Assembly (NCBI GenBank): GCA_012026655.1
Contig: JAAILG010000261.1
Span: 1 to 64,000, forward strand
DNA from: Hydrolagus affinis
Lineage: Eukaryota
DNA: 64,000 nucleotides
Direction of reading: 5' to 3'
This document shows positions 13,301 through 25,700 of the stretch, in pieces. Under the pieces are notes generated by a model. It was not told the origin of the DNA. It made no database searches and saw only the letters and a list, made by a program, of their open reading frames with translations. The translations under genes were made by a program, and so were the position numbers. Each line of letters opens with the position of its first letter. Within the stretch, counting starts at the first letter, position 1.

Positions 13301-13306
13301 TTTATT
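13301..13306 (-). terminator. Candidate PTPRE polyadenylation signal (would give a 3' UTR of about 3.4 kb)
   Basis: Minus-strand AATAAA followed by U/GU-rich tctttattgtactttgcttg. Other AATAAA at 15345, 13712 and 12894 are alternatives. 12000-16680 lacks young SINE copies. Confidence 0.35.
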
Positions 13307-15739
13307 AAGCTGGTATGAATTTTTGATCCTCTCCACTCTGGAAAGCATTTTAGAAAAATAGATTATTTTAATCAGTAACATGTGCTTATCTATTAAGAGA
13401 CTGGAGTTGCAAACTTTCAATTCCTTCATAAGAATATTTTAGATTACTATGGATTGTAATTTGCAAAACATGATGAAGTAGAATATGATCATTAAAGTTA
13501 TTGGCTAAGCAAATTGATTGAACAGTATTTTTTTAAATGTAGCAAATAAGAATAAAATGTACATTATTTAAAGTACCCTGAAAATGATTAGCAGAGTCGG
13601 ATTATATAAAAGCTGCAGTTGATAATCAATTTTTTAGACAAGCTATCCGACAGAATGGATTATTCGATCTGAATGCATCAAAGGTGAACTCTATATCCCA
13701 TTTATCTTTGCTTTATTTATATTACACAACATAAATACTATTGGTTCATTAGAGTGGGATGTGTGATGTGCTAATTAAAACCTACAGTACTAATCGGTAC
13801 ATCACTGAAGAAAGTGACCAATCGATCCATTAACTATCATCTGGTTCATGGGTGGTTAGAGGCAGAATTCCCAATTCCCTCTCCAGCTTTTGGCATTAGA
13901 CTACAAATTACCAAAACCCAATCAGAAATCTGTTAGACACTTTGTATTACATAATTCACTGGAACTGTGGATTTATAGCAAGTTTCTGTACAATTCTTTC
14001 CAACAACAGGGATCATAAAAGCATGTGCTATAGATCTGATTCACACTATTTACTTATTACAGTATGAGAGTAACACTGGCCTTGTGTAAAGTAATTTGAC
14101 CAGTGCTAGAGGAATGATTGAGAACTTGCTACTGAAGAAAACAAAGGAACCCAAAAGGAAATGTTCTCGTGTTTTCCTGTTTAATACAAACTAGAGTAAA
14201 TTATTCACTATAAATTGGTAAATTGCCAACTTTAGCAGTAAGAAATGATTGTGGAAAATTATGATTGTTATGCCAATAGACTGTGTATATATATTACAGT
14301 TAACTATTCAATACAAATACGCGCTCCTTTGAAGTGTTTTTCGTCAATTGGTGGACATCTATTCACTCAAGTTTACAACTTGCAAGCACGAAAGTATTGA
14401 TTAGTTGTAGTATTCCTCAGCAGCGATGTGGAAAATGCTGTGGTATTCAGCATTGTGGAAGGGTTTATAGAGTGGTCAGAATTTGGCTAGGGAAACCACA
14501 ATGAGACAATTTATGCTGCAAAGCCTATAACCTACAAATCTAACTCTGACTGCGATATTGTATACTACATGCACAGGGTACATTCACATCCTTTCATCAT
14601 GTGATTTATAAATCTTATTTAATCTAAATAGAATCATAAAAGACATGCAGGTGATGTAATTGCTTCCATAAAGTAGGAATATCATGCTTGAAGTTTTTTC
14701 ATTTTCTGGATGCATTCAGGGATCAAGCAGAAATGTCACTCTTTGTGTTATTTCCATCTGTGTTTATTCACTTCTGCAAAGAGCTAACACAAATTAAGAG
14801 AGCGTGCATGAGAGTGCAAAGTGCACATTGTTTGTAAGAAGAAACAGACTTGATGTGTGTGCTGAATGCTTTTCTTTTTTAAAAAATAAGCATCACTGTA
14901 TATTTTCCGTTCTATATTTAGAATTCATATTCTAAAATATGAATATTGGCATATTTGGCAAGAGCACAAATGTCAAAAAGACACATTCTCAAAAGATTTC
15001 TCAGGTACTCAATAACAGAAATACTTAGGTGCTTAAGAAAATACAAACGGTGGACATCTAATTCACCTTGAAGGCATGCTGATGGGTCACAACAATAAGA
15101 ATAATTAGACAGTTTAAGAATGCAACAAAATTTAAAAGAGAAACTATGCCCAAACTTCTGCCACATTTTTGTATTGTGACATACAAAGCTTGTTTTCTAA
15201 GCACACTAATAATAGACAGTTCATTTCCCCCCACAAAATTTAAACAGATCAATACCGGTTTTCTTGCTCCAATTTTTTTAAACAAAAATAGATTTCACGT
15301 TTTTTTTCTATGATTCTGCCTCCACTTATATTTAAAAATTTTGATTTATTTTTTATTTTTCCTTATGTTTTTCCACCCATTATCTACTCAGTTCAGAAGT
15401 CTTCACCGCTTCAATGAAAACTTCCTCTGTGGGGATCTCTAATTTAAATGCAACTAAGTCAGCTGCGCCACAGCCAAAAAGCTGCAGCAGGACATTGGTA
15501 CTGTACCAAAATAGAAAAATAACTATTAAAAGTGCTCATTTTTGGTTTCTTTCAAAGCATAAGATTACAGCAGAACAGGAAAGGAAAACATCAGTACCAC
15601 GATAAATTAACTTTCAAAGATTTATGAGTTACAGACAGGTTTTGTTTTGTTTAAATATGCTCTAAAAGTTGTATGTTTGCAAGTAACGGGTGTAGAAATC
15701 CTCTTTTTCCAGTGGGTAAATGTACCACATTGTATGACA

Positions 15740-15935
15740 CTGGCCTAAGAAAGGCCAGTGTTTAATCTTCGATGTCTGCTACAATTAGGCTTTGACATTT
15801 TCTGGTTATAGAGGGGGAAATCACTCCAGTTCTTGATTGTTATCCAGTGAGTGGATGTCAGGTTTGATCCGATCATGCCCTCGATTGAATAGTTCAGCAA
15901 TAGTCACAGTCCAGGTTCACGCATGAGGAAGTATT
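15740..15935 (+). mobile_element. LF-SINE-like relic in the putative PTPRE 3' UTR (antisense to the mRNA)
   Basis: ctacaattaggc, tcttgattgttatccagtga, gtggatgtcagg, gaatagttcagcaatagtcacagtccaggttcacgcatgagg in LF-SINE order. Confidence 0.55.
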
Positions 15936-16685
15936 ATGTGGGTGATTGAAGCCAGCTACAGAAATCACATCCAAATATGAGTTGCTAACTATAGAAAAGT
16001 GGTACTTGATGGGGGTAAAACCTGAAGAAAAGTTATATATTTTTAAACTAAGCTGTTTGAAACTCTTGGAACAGTGTTTTGACATTCTAAATATACATAC
16101 TTTTCACGTAGGCCAAGATAATGTCAATAATGCATGACATTAAACTATTATAATACTGTAAACCTTTCATATAAAAATATATATTATGTATCACACCAAA
16201 CCTTTTGAAAATAATGCAAACTCCAATGCACAGTATATACTGTATTCACATTATGTAACACGTGGGGAAAATCAAGCATTGTTGGTACTCCACAAAGCAA
16301 ATCTTTTTTTTCTTCAGTAGAACCAATTAAACTTTCTGTACATTCAAGAATTAAAATGTTAACTGATAATGACATATAAGATGGTTTAAATAATATTCAC
16401 TTAGGAGTGCAAGAGAGGCGATAAGGTACTAAAAAATTACTTTCGTCAAAATGTTGACTGACTGAACAGTCACACTACTACTCCCTTATTACTGTATCCA
16501 AGGTATTTCAAAAGCGTAGTCACAAGACAATAAAAAGACCTTCGACTTATTAGTAATATTCTTCAAGACAACAAGTGCATAGCAAAATATAAAATAAATT
16601 CTTGAGATAATTTAATGTACAAAAGATGCTTTACTGGCCTGTCAGCTAGCAATTTAAAAGGTTAAAAAAAGGTAAGGCAAACGTT

Positions 16686-16760
16686 TTATTTGAAGTTGGC
16701 ATAATCAGAGTGTATGTCAAGGTAATCTTGCACCACCTTGTAGCAGAAATCATACTGTTC
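16686..16760 (-). CDS. PTPRE: PTPRE last coding exon [24 protein letters not shown]
   Basis: ttctttgcag acceptor; TAA at 16686-16688; YANF Grb2-SH2 site conserved in PTPRA/PTPRE. Confidence 0.96.
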   Translation of the reverse strand, partial: EQYDFCYKVVQDYLDIHSDYANFK

Positions 16761-19700
16761 CTGCAAAGAAAAAGACAAACGCAACAGTCATTTCTGCAAA
16801 GAATTGAGAATGTAATAATATACAAATAGAGATTTTATATTGGTTTACAATTCTTTCAATGCCAACTAAAATAGAAAATGCCATACCACTGTTTGCACCA
16901 TGTGGGGTCGTTGCATTCGTAAACTCTTAACAGTCTGGAAAACATCTAGAAGGCCTTCAGCTTTCACTCGCTCCAGAATGTTACTCAGTGCAATAAAGGT
17001 ACCTGTTCTGCCAGCTCCAGCACTGTAAAATAAACAGATTCAAATTTCATATACCTTCACCGACTTTACTTGAATGGATTCAAACACACGCTTCACAATG
17101 TAGTTCCCGGTTAATCTGTAAAACGGCTATAATTTACATCCGGAAATGAAACAAACTGGCACCACCAGCAATGCTTCCTGCGAAATACTTCATCTTGCAT
17201 TAAAGTGATACAGAAAAAAAAGTCTCAAAATCAAAATGCTTTTAAAACTAAAAAAAACCAAAGAGGTTTCCCAGCAGACATGCTGACACATTAAAGGCCA
17301 CTTGATTCTCTAGAGCGAATAAGTAAAGGTGTTAATAGTGTTATTTCCAGCTGCTGACCCAGTGGAAAATATGGATTTAACAGATTAAAGAAAGCTTTCC
17401 ATAACATTAAAGTCCACATTTACCTTGTACTAATTGATTCTAGTTCTCAGCATCCACTAAATTGATCCCCTGGGACACAAACTCCATAGCAAATTGACAG
17501 AGGCCTACTCCAGTATCTCGTTTGTGCTCCCAGTCAGAACAGATTGAACATTTCCAATTCAATAACAGTGTAAAGGATGCGATTTCTATGCATTAAACCA
17601 CCCTGGCCCAAAATAGACCTGCTTATGGAGGATATATGCTAAACAACAACAACAAAATTACTCTTGTACCTGTATACACTCTAATAAGGCTGGAGATACA
17701 GGGGACATAATCTGAATGATATTATTATCTCAAGAAATACCAAGAGTAAATGTGGGAGTGTTTCCTGTGGTCTTCATGACTAATTGTGCAGGGTTACCAA
17801 AACGTCATGATACCACTGCAAAGTCTAAAGTCTTAATAAGGGCCCCCCGCCCCGCCCTGGTTGTTTAAACATTTACTTCAGGGCACACAAGTGTTTTTAC
17901 AACTTCAAAAAATAAACTGAAAAAAAGACTGAAAAGTGAACTGTTCACAGCCCTGGACCTTGTAGCTCAATTGTTGGTTGATTTCATTCATCTGTCATAT
18001 ATCCACTACATATTCCATGTGTTTTTGTTCCCACTGACAGGCATCTGCAAATTTCAGAATCAATATTCATGATAATGGCTCTTTATCCCTTCCCGTATAT
18101 CCCCTCCACTCCATCCTATCTTGTCTTACATGGCTCAAATGTGTGCTGTGATATGATTTCAAGCTCTTTGAGACGCTGTCCAGCGTGGCGAGTGCTATAT
18201 AGATCGAAGTTGTTGTTGTTGTAGTATTGTACTGGTGATGGAAGTCCTTTGAAACCTCATTTAAAGTAACCACTCTTAGCAATTTGGCAAATAGCACAAG
18301 TATCATAGGTTATTCAACTGTGTGGGAGTTTCATTGCCAAACCCAGGTTTCCTTTTATCTGATATTTGAGCAAAACTAAGATCTCTGTTATTTCTCCATT
18401 CTGGAAAGCGCCCTGAGACGTTACCCTGCATGAAGGGCACTATATAAATGCAAGTTGTTGTTTTTGTTGTAGCAGAGCTCTGCTGAGGATGACTTTACAA
18501 TTTCCACTGCCATCTCAAGTGAGATTTGCTGCCTGGGGTTACCTTGGCTCAGTGCCATTCATAAATGGGCTGATTTGAACTTTTGCACCATTAGGGTATT
18601 TTGCCCTCGTTACCTGCAGTGCACGATAATCGGTTGATTGCCTGTCTGCTGCTGTTGTTTTTGGACGGCTGCTATCAAGTCGATCATTCCTCTTCCTTCA
18701 GCCGGAATGCCAATCTCAGGCCAGTCGTGAAAGTGGAATTGCCGAATGAGACGATTCTTCCTGCCTTCCTGCATTTTCATTTCAATAACAATGTAAACTG
18801 TAACAATCATTCATCAGACCAGCAAACGATCTTTCGACAAGCAATCTCAGTATTCAAAATCCATGTACTCTCTTTAAAGTTGCTTCTACAAAGCATGGGC
18901 AATAGAGTGAAATTAATTAAATTTACACACAACTGATATAACTAATTATAGAACAGTATAAAACAGCATAAGTGATACAACTAATTTGTTTTTTTTAAAT
19001 ACTGTTTGGCAACAAATAATTATCTTACCAGTATAAAGTTTGGCTTATATTTAATTCTGATCCAATTATATAAAGTGTTAAAACAGCTGTTTTCTAATAA
19101 GATTCCCGAGAGGTCCCACAATGTGGTATTTAGGTAGATATAAAGAAACCATTGTTGTGGTGGAATTGAATGGACATCGGTGACATTCACTGACATAATA
19201 TGAAAGCAAATAATAGCAAGTGATGCGGCACATGATCTGAATTTGCACCATTAATAAAAACCTTAAGTGATTTTAAACAATTTTTTATCCTTGTATTTTA
19301 TCCCTGTATGCCAGTATTTCACCTAGGTATTAAGGTTATTACGGTTGGGAGGAAGTTTTCTCCTTGCAACAATCAGATGTCAAACTTTTTCCCTTAGACA
19401 AATACTGTACTTTGTTTCTGAGTTTAAAGTTTTTTGAATCTTTAACTTTACTTCGTATCTAAATCTTAAAGGAATAGTCTGTCCCCCAAACAGCAGCTCC
19501 GCAACTCTACATTCATAACACAGCACGTACTCTTAGATAACAATATATATATTTGAAACTGAAAGAATACACACAGAAATGTTTGTGAGCAAGAAGTCTC
19601 TCACGCTGAAAGCATCAGAGAGGTTGTCAGTCTTCAGTTCGATCGTGTAGTTTTCAAAGGTCACTGTGTTCTCTGATGGCCAGTACTGGAAACACTTCTC

Positions 19701-22700
19701 CTAGCGAAAAAAATTCCATTCCCAGTTACAGTAAGTTTTCATACAGCAGGGGGAACATCCTACACTCAGATATGAAAGAGTAACACATTTCAAAGAACAC
19801 AGTTTGAATCGCTTTGATTGTGAAGATGAGCAATAGCACTGTTGGCAATATGTCGCATTGGCTTAGCAATTGTAGCAAAATAACTGCATTTTCAGGCCTG
19901 TTTTGCACAAAACACAATCGATGTTTGTTTGATCTTCATTATCACATGAAAGCAAATGATTCACCAAGTGATCAATGGCCCTTACTCACAAACTGTAAAA
20001 CTAGGGTACATAATTTGGTCTCCATTTACTGTATAAGGGAAATCTGAACATTTGATTTTATCTTCTGCAATAAAACTTTCTTAATTCCAGGACTACAGTG
20101 TTGTAAAGGCAGACAGACATACAGTCAGGATTGGTGATGAAGGTGAACTATACCTGTTCTCTTTCACGCAGCTCTGTGAGCATTACAATGGTGTGTGATT
20201 TGTTGTCCCAAATCATTTTCCAGAAGTCCTCCACTGTAATAGAAAGAGGGCCTTGCGTAGCAATAAAATAATGCTTCTGCCGATAACCCTGCAGTAAAAA
20301 GCATACTGATTTATCAAAGATGCATAAATGAATTACAGAAATACAGCATTAGTTTATATAATTCTAACCATGCTGTTACATAATGTTTAGCATCCGAATA
20401 AATGTTTCCTTTAATTCTCTGCCATTAAAATTATTAAGGGCAGTATTGTTTCAGCAATAATGACAGCAACATTTAAATAAGTACTGAGGCAATCCCTAAA
20501 ATGGTCAGAAAGTAATTTAATTTCAGCCCTCTCCCCACATCTGTAAATAATTCTTTATTATACAGCAATCGCAATAAATCCTGATTCAGCCACAGAAGTA
20601 TAAAACACAAAGTCATCTCTCATTCCTGCCAAATGTTTAGAAATCTTGGCTCAAATCTAAAAAATTTAATTTTAAAGGAATAAAAAGAGCCAGGATGCTC
20701 CATCAAATTCTCAGCTCAGTACATAAACATAGTGAACACATTTTCCCTGACTAATTCCTTATGAAGACAGTTGAATGTTTTAGATGTCTGATCACTATTC
20801 TTTCAATATGGGGTTTGTTAACTATTTAGGTTATTTTTGTTCCAATTGAATTTCCAATGGATTAGTTAATTAACAGTAATACAAAAACATAGCTTATGAA
20901 ATTCCTGCCCCATAATTTTTTTTCAAGCTATGAGTTGTTTATCCCTTATAACTACAATATCATACTAAAATTAAAAGCACAGTAAACACATACTCACATC
21001 TATGTATGACGCATTGACATAATCTGAGTATTCTTGCCCTCTTTTCCTGGGAAGAACGACTCTGTTAAAATCATCTTTAAAAGAATAAAATAATTACAAT
21101 TAATACATAATTGTATATTGGGTTTAGGTGGTGCAATGTATGTGGAGTCTGAATGAACAAACATAGTAGCTTATATATACATCTATCTATCTCTTACAAG
21201 GGATGATCTGAAGAACTCGGGCCTTTTTCAGATTTACTGGCTTATTCCCCGTTCTCATGTGATCCTTTCTTATTCGCACAGTAGTAAGTTTCTGTAGGTA
21301 ATAACACAGAAGAAAATTGTTTGGGAAAATTAAAAAAAAAATTAAAAAAAAAACAACCTTTGATATACGACAATAACAAAATTACATTTGTATAGCGCCT
21401 TTCATGTCGGGAAGATGTCCCAAGGTGTTGGTCAGACAGTATTCTGGACTCGAGCTGGGGTAGAGTTTGGGGAGGGTGGAGGGGAAAGGAGGCTGATCGA
21501 AACCATGGTCAAAAAGGAGGGCCTTAGGGCGGTTCTTGAAGGACAGTAGTTCAGCTCTATATAAATGACGTTCAAATGAAGTGAAATAAACAATACATCT
21601 TTGTTTTCAATACCTCAAAACTGAATGGAAGTTTTTTTTTGTATTCACCCCCACTTCGTTCAGCTATGCACAAACAGAAACAAAGCTAACTGGGGATAAG
21701 AAGGTGAGACTCAAGACTGTTATTTCTCCCCTGAATATTGCAATAATGTATGTTAATGGAATGAAAACTTGCATGTATACAGCACCCTTTATATGGGTTG
21801 AATCTCTGAGTGCTTAACAGTTTTAAAGGTTAATGTAAAAACCTCAGCCTATTTGGGGAAACTTAGCCAAGGATTTCAGTTAAGCAAGTACCGAGTGGAA
21901 GGTGCATACGGTATCTTCGCTTTTGATTTACATTCTGCCACTAAACATACACACACATATATATATGTATTTATATATATATATATGAATATACACACAC
22001 TGTATACACACACACACACATACACACACTGTTTGGACCACGTTTTCTGATATTCTCAGAAATGCATATGCAATCACATAGCCTGAGTTTGGGTTGAGGT
22101 TAAACTCACAAATTCCCCGCATTTGTGTGTTTCAAGCATTTCCTCCACAAAATCTATAGCCTACGTTTACTTTTTACACTTCTGTGCACAAAGAATCACT
22201 AATTCATTTATTTTATACTATTTCACACTGTTCACTTAAGCAAATCCTTGATCTTTAGCTGGATTCTGTGTAGCTGTACAACTGCAGAATAAAATACTGC
22301 TCCGCAGTTTACCAAAGGAAGGAAAGCTTCTTCTAAGCAAAACATTGGATTTATTTACTTAACCTGTTCGTCATTGCACTCAAAGCCTCAAATTTGGCAC
22401 AGGATATTCTAAAAAAAATCTGAGCATAGCGTTTTTGTCAGTGGCAATTTTGCAGTCCTAAATTATGGTTGAAGGCATATTGATGTGCCAGCATTGTAAA
22501 CTTAAGGTACTTACATTAAACTCTTCCTCTAGGCCTGTGATATCACTGTTATCACTTTTACTGTGCAGTTTCTGTATGTGCTTCTCCAAAGAACTTACAT
22601 CCAGCTCTGTATCACCGTATAAGAAATGTTCAAGCAAAGCTTGGTAAATGAAGGAGTACTGTATCTGCAAGATAAAACAATGTAAATAAAACCACGTGAG

Positions 22701-25700
22701 TTCCTATACATGAAATGTCAGGTGATATACCAGCACTTTACACAGTCTCCATTATGAAACCAGAGAAGTATTGCAGAGAAGAAAACCAAGTGAGGTTGAG
22801 AATTAATCTGAATCAATCCACGACTGTTTGCGGGACACTGTTGCTGAACTGGCTGCTGTGTTTCGCCCACAAAATATACAGTCAATTCATTTTACAGTAT
22901 ATTTTGTGAAGTGCTTTGAGACACCTTAAAGACGTGATAAGGCGCTAATCAAATGGAAGGATTATTATTTTTAAACTTGCATTTGTAGTAACCCCCACGG
23001 AAATCATTGTAACTGTGTCAGACTTGCTGTAGACATACCAGTGATGGTATTAGCCTCCGATTTTAAGAGTGAAAACCCGTGTAGTATGTCAACCGCAAAT
23101 CTGACACATTTACAATGATTTCTGTCGAGAAGCACTATTAGTTACATAGAAAACCTCTGTAAGTTATAAACAAGATATTACTTACATCGGTCTGCACCAG
23201 GTGTGAGCGTTGTTTGCGAATTCTTGACACAAAACTAAACACATCCACTTTTTGTTCTTCTTGCATCATATCAATCATGGCATCTATAACTATAAATGTT
23301 CCCGTTCTGCCGACTCCAGCACTGTGATGTTAAAAGAAAATTGGGTATCTATATGTTCATATATGTAATTTAAAAATACATTTAAATCATTTTTCACCTC
23401 ATTCTCGTCTCATGTTTGTTGACAAACAAACCAAATTAGATTTATAGAGTGCCTTTCACGTTGGGAGAACTCCCAAAGCGCTGGTTCCAGAGCAGCCTTG
23501 CCCCCTCCTTCCTAGAGGCCTTCACAGCCAAGAACACCTCTTTGCAAACATATTTGTTGACGGTACACGATAATATCTAGTTTTCTCACATAAGGTGTAT
23601 AGTCCCAGATCATTGTCTATCCAGAGTTAGGAGACAGGAGATTAGATTGAAGCATCAGCGGGTTTCATAAATGCAGGAGCCAAAATTATAATCCTTACGT
23701 TCTGCCTTATCATGTCATCTCGACGTCTCAAAGTGCTTCACAGGGTATATTGTAAAATAGATTGACATTGTATTTTGTGGGTGAAACAAGGGCGAAATTG
23801 AGAACATACAGCATTACTTTTCTTAATCTACTGCTACAGGATTTGTAAAACCCCCAAAACCAGTCTCTGGTTAGTAAAGAAATGTACAGCATCATGAAGT
23901 GCTTTGAGACGACTTCCTGACATGAAAGGTGCTGTTTAAATGGAATGTTTTGATGTTGTTGTCTGGGAGATAATGCCTTCTCTCTACTCACCACAACCTC
24001 AATCCTGCAGTTGTGATTTAATGTGTATGGGAATCAGAGATGCTCAACCATATCCAATACCTTCATTTTACAGCAAACTGATACACAAATGTGCTGCACT
24101 AACCAACCATGAATTTATAGAGGTTTTTTTTAATGTCTGCAGCGCTACATGAACTTTTCTGCATTTATAAGGGTATTGTTTCGTTATTTTAATTAATTTC
24201 TGGACATGATAAACATTTCAGAAAAAGTATTGGAACATGTTTTGGAGATGTGGAAAAGATTTTGAAACTAACCTGAATGACTGAGGGATGTTTATAGGTT
24301 AATTGATAAGTGACTCATAAGTGACTATAAAAGAAACTTACACATACTTGAGATTATTTTCTACATGTTAAAAACAAAGCATTATCTCCAGCAAAATCGA
24401 CTTTTCTAAAGTCCCGCTCGCCAGCCTCCCCACCTCCACTCTACACAAGATCCATATCATCTAGAACTGCAGCCTATATTCTCTCCAGTAACAAGCACAG
24501 CAAACCCTTATCTTAGCCTGATTGTCTACCCATCAGAAGATTATCTGTAATATCCTTACTCCCATCTTCAAACACCTTCACGGCCTTGCCTCACCCTACC
24601 TTTGCGACTCTGTACTCCTGGTCATTCTCTTTAGTCATTCCAAATTCCAGCCCATTTACTGCCGTTTCACTGAGTGGGTGGGTGGGTGTGCTTTCAACCA
24701 CTTTGCCTCCATTCTGTGGAGCTCTCTTCTGAAATCCCTCCCTCCCTCTATGCAAATTTATATCTAAGACAGTCTTTCTATCATTCAATGCACTACCTAT
24801 TGTGAAATTACATGTTGTTGCTCAACAATGGTGAGTCAAAAAAGGCGGGCAATCCAGGAATTATAATGCATATTATAATTGTGAAGTGTGTTATTGCTAG
24901 ATTATGTAAAGGCAATAATTGAAGTGAATAATTACCTGCAGTGAACAATAATGGGTCCCGAAAAGGAAGGATTGACTGTTTTGACCTTCTTAAGAAATTT
25001 GAGCATCCCGACTGGTGCGAATGGCACACCAAAATCAGGCCAGCTTGTGAAATGCAGTTGTGTGATGAATCTTGGAGCCTTGGGGCCACCCGTTTGCTGT
25101 AACTAATGCAATGAAATCACAGCAGCATAAACATAACTAAAACATCACATTACTCTCTCTCTCTCTCTCTCCATCAGCAATGTCAAACTAGCAGTATGCC
25201 TAATGGCACATCAAGTTTTTTTTGCTATTATTAAAATGTTACTTTGGTAAAATGTTGTGGCATATCTGGATTGAAATCAATTGCCCCTAATGTCAATATT
25301 GTAGTCATCATTTCTAAAGAAATGAGCACTTAAAACGCAACTGCGAATAAGATTAATAGTTTGCTCTTTACTATGTCTAAGCCGCCAAAGAGGCTCAATA
25401 CAGTACTTTAAAAATATTCTATTCCAAACCAAGGAAGAAATTATCTGTTCTAATGGACACGGGTCTGATCGCACTATCTATCTGTAATAAGGCAAATAGA
25501 TTTTTTCTGAAGATCGTAACACTGCCACATGCAGAAAATAATGTTCGTTTTAAATTCCCGAAAAATAAAGATCATTGAGAAAAGTAGAATTATTTGCATC
25601 AAGTTATAACTGAATGCTTATCCATTTGAAATGATTTTGGTTTCCAAAATGGTAGTAAAAACAAGATAATACAGTACTTACATTCTGTATGCTGAATTTA

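Noticed and set aside
1-16000. 3' exons of a neighbouring gene (MKI67 follows PTPRE in mammals)
   Set aside because: No recognisable coding exons; I cannot exclude short or divergent ones without alignment.
16887-21291. D2 substitutions (WPE, KKARV) as novel or as pseudogene damage
   Set aside because: Normal features of the low-activity D2 domain of R4-subtype PTPs; the frame is intact.
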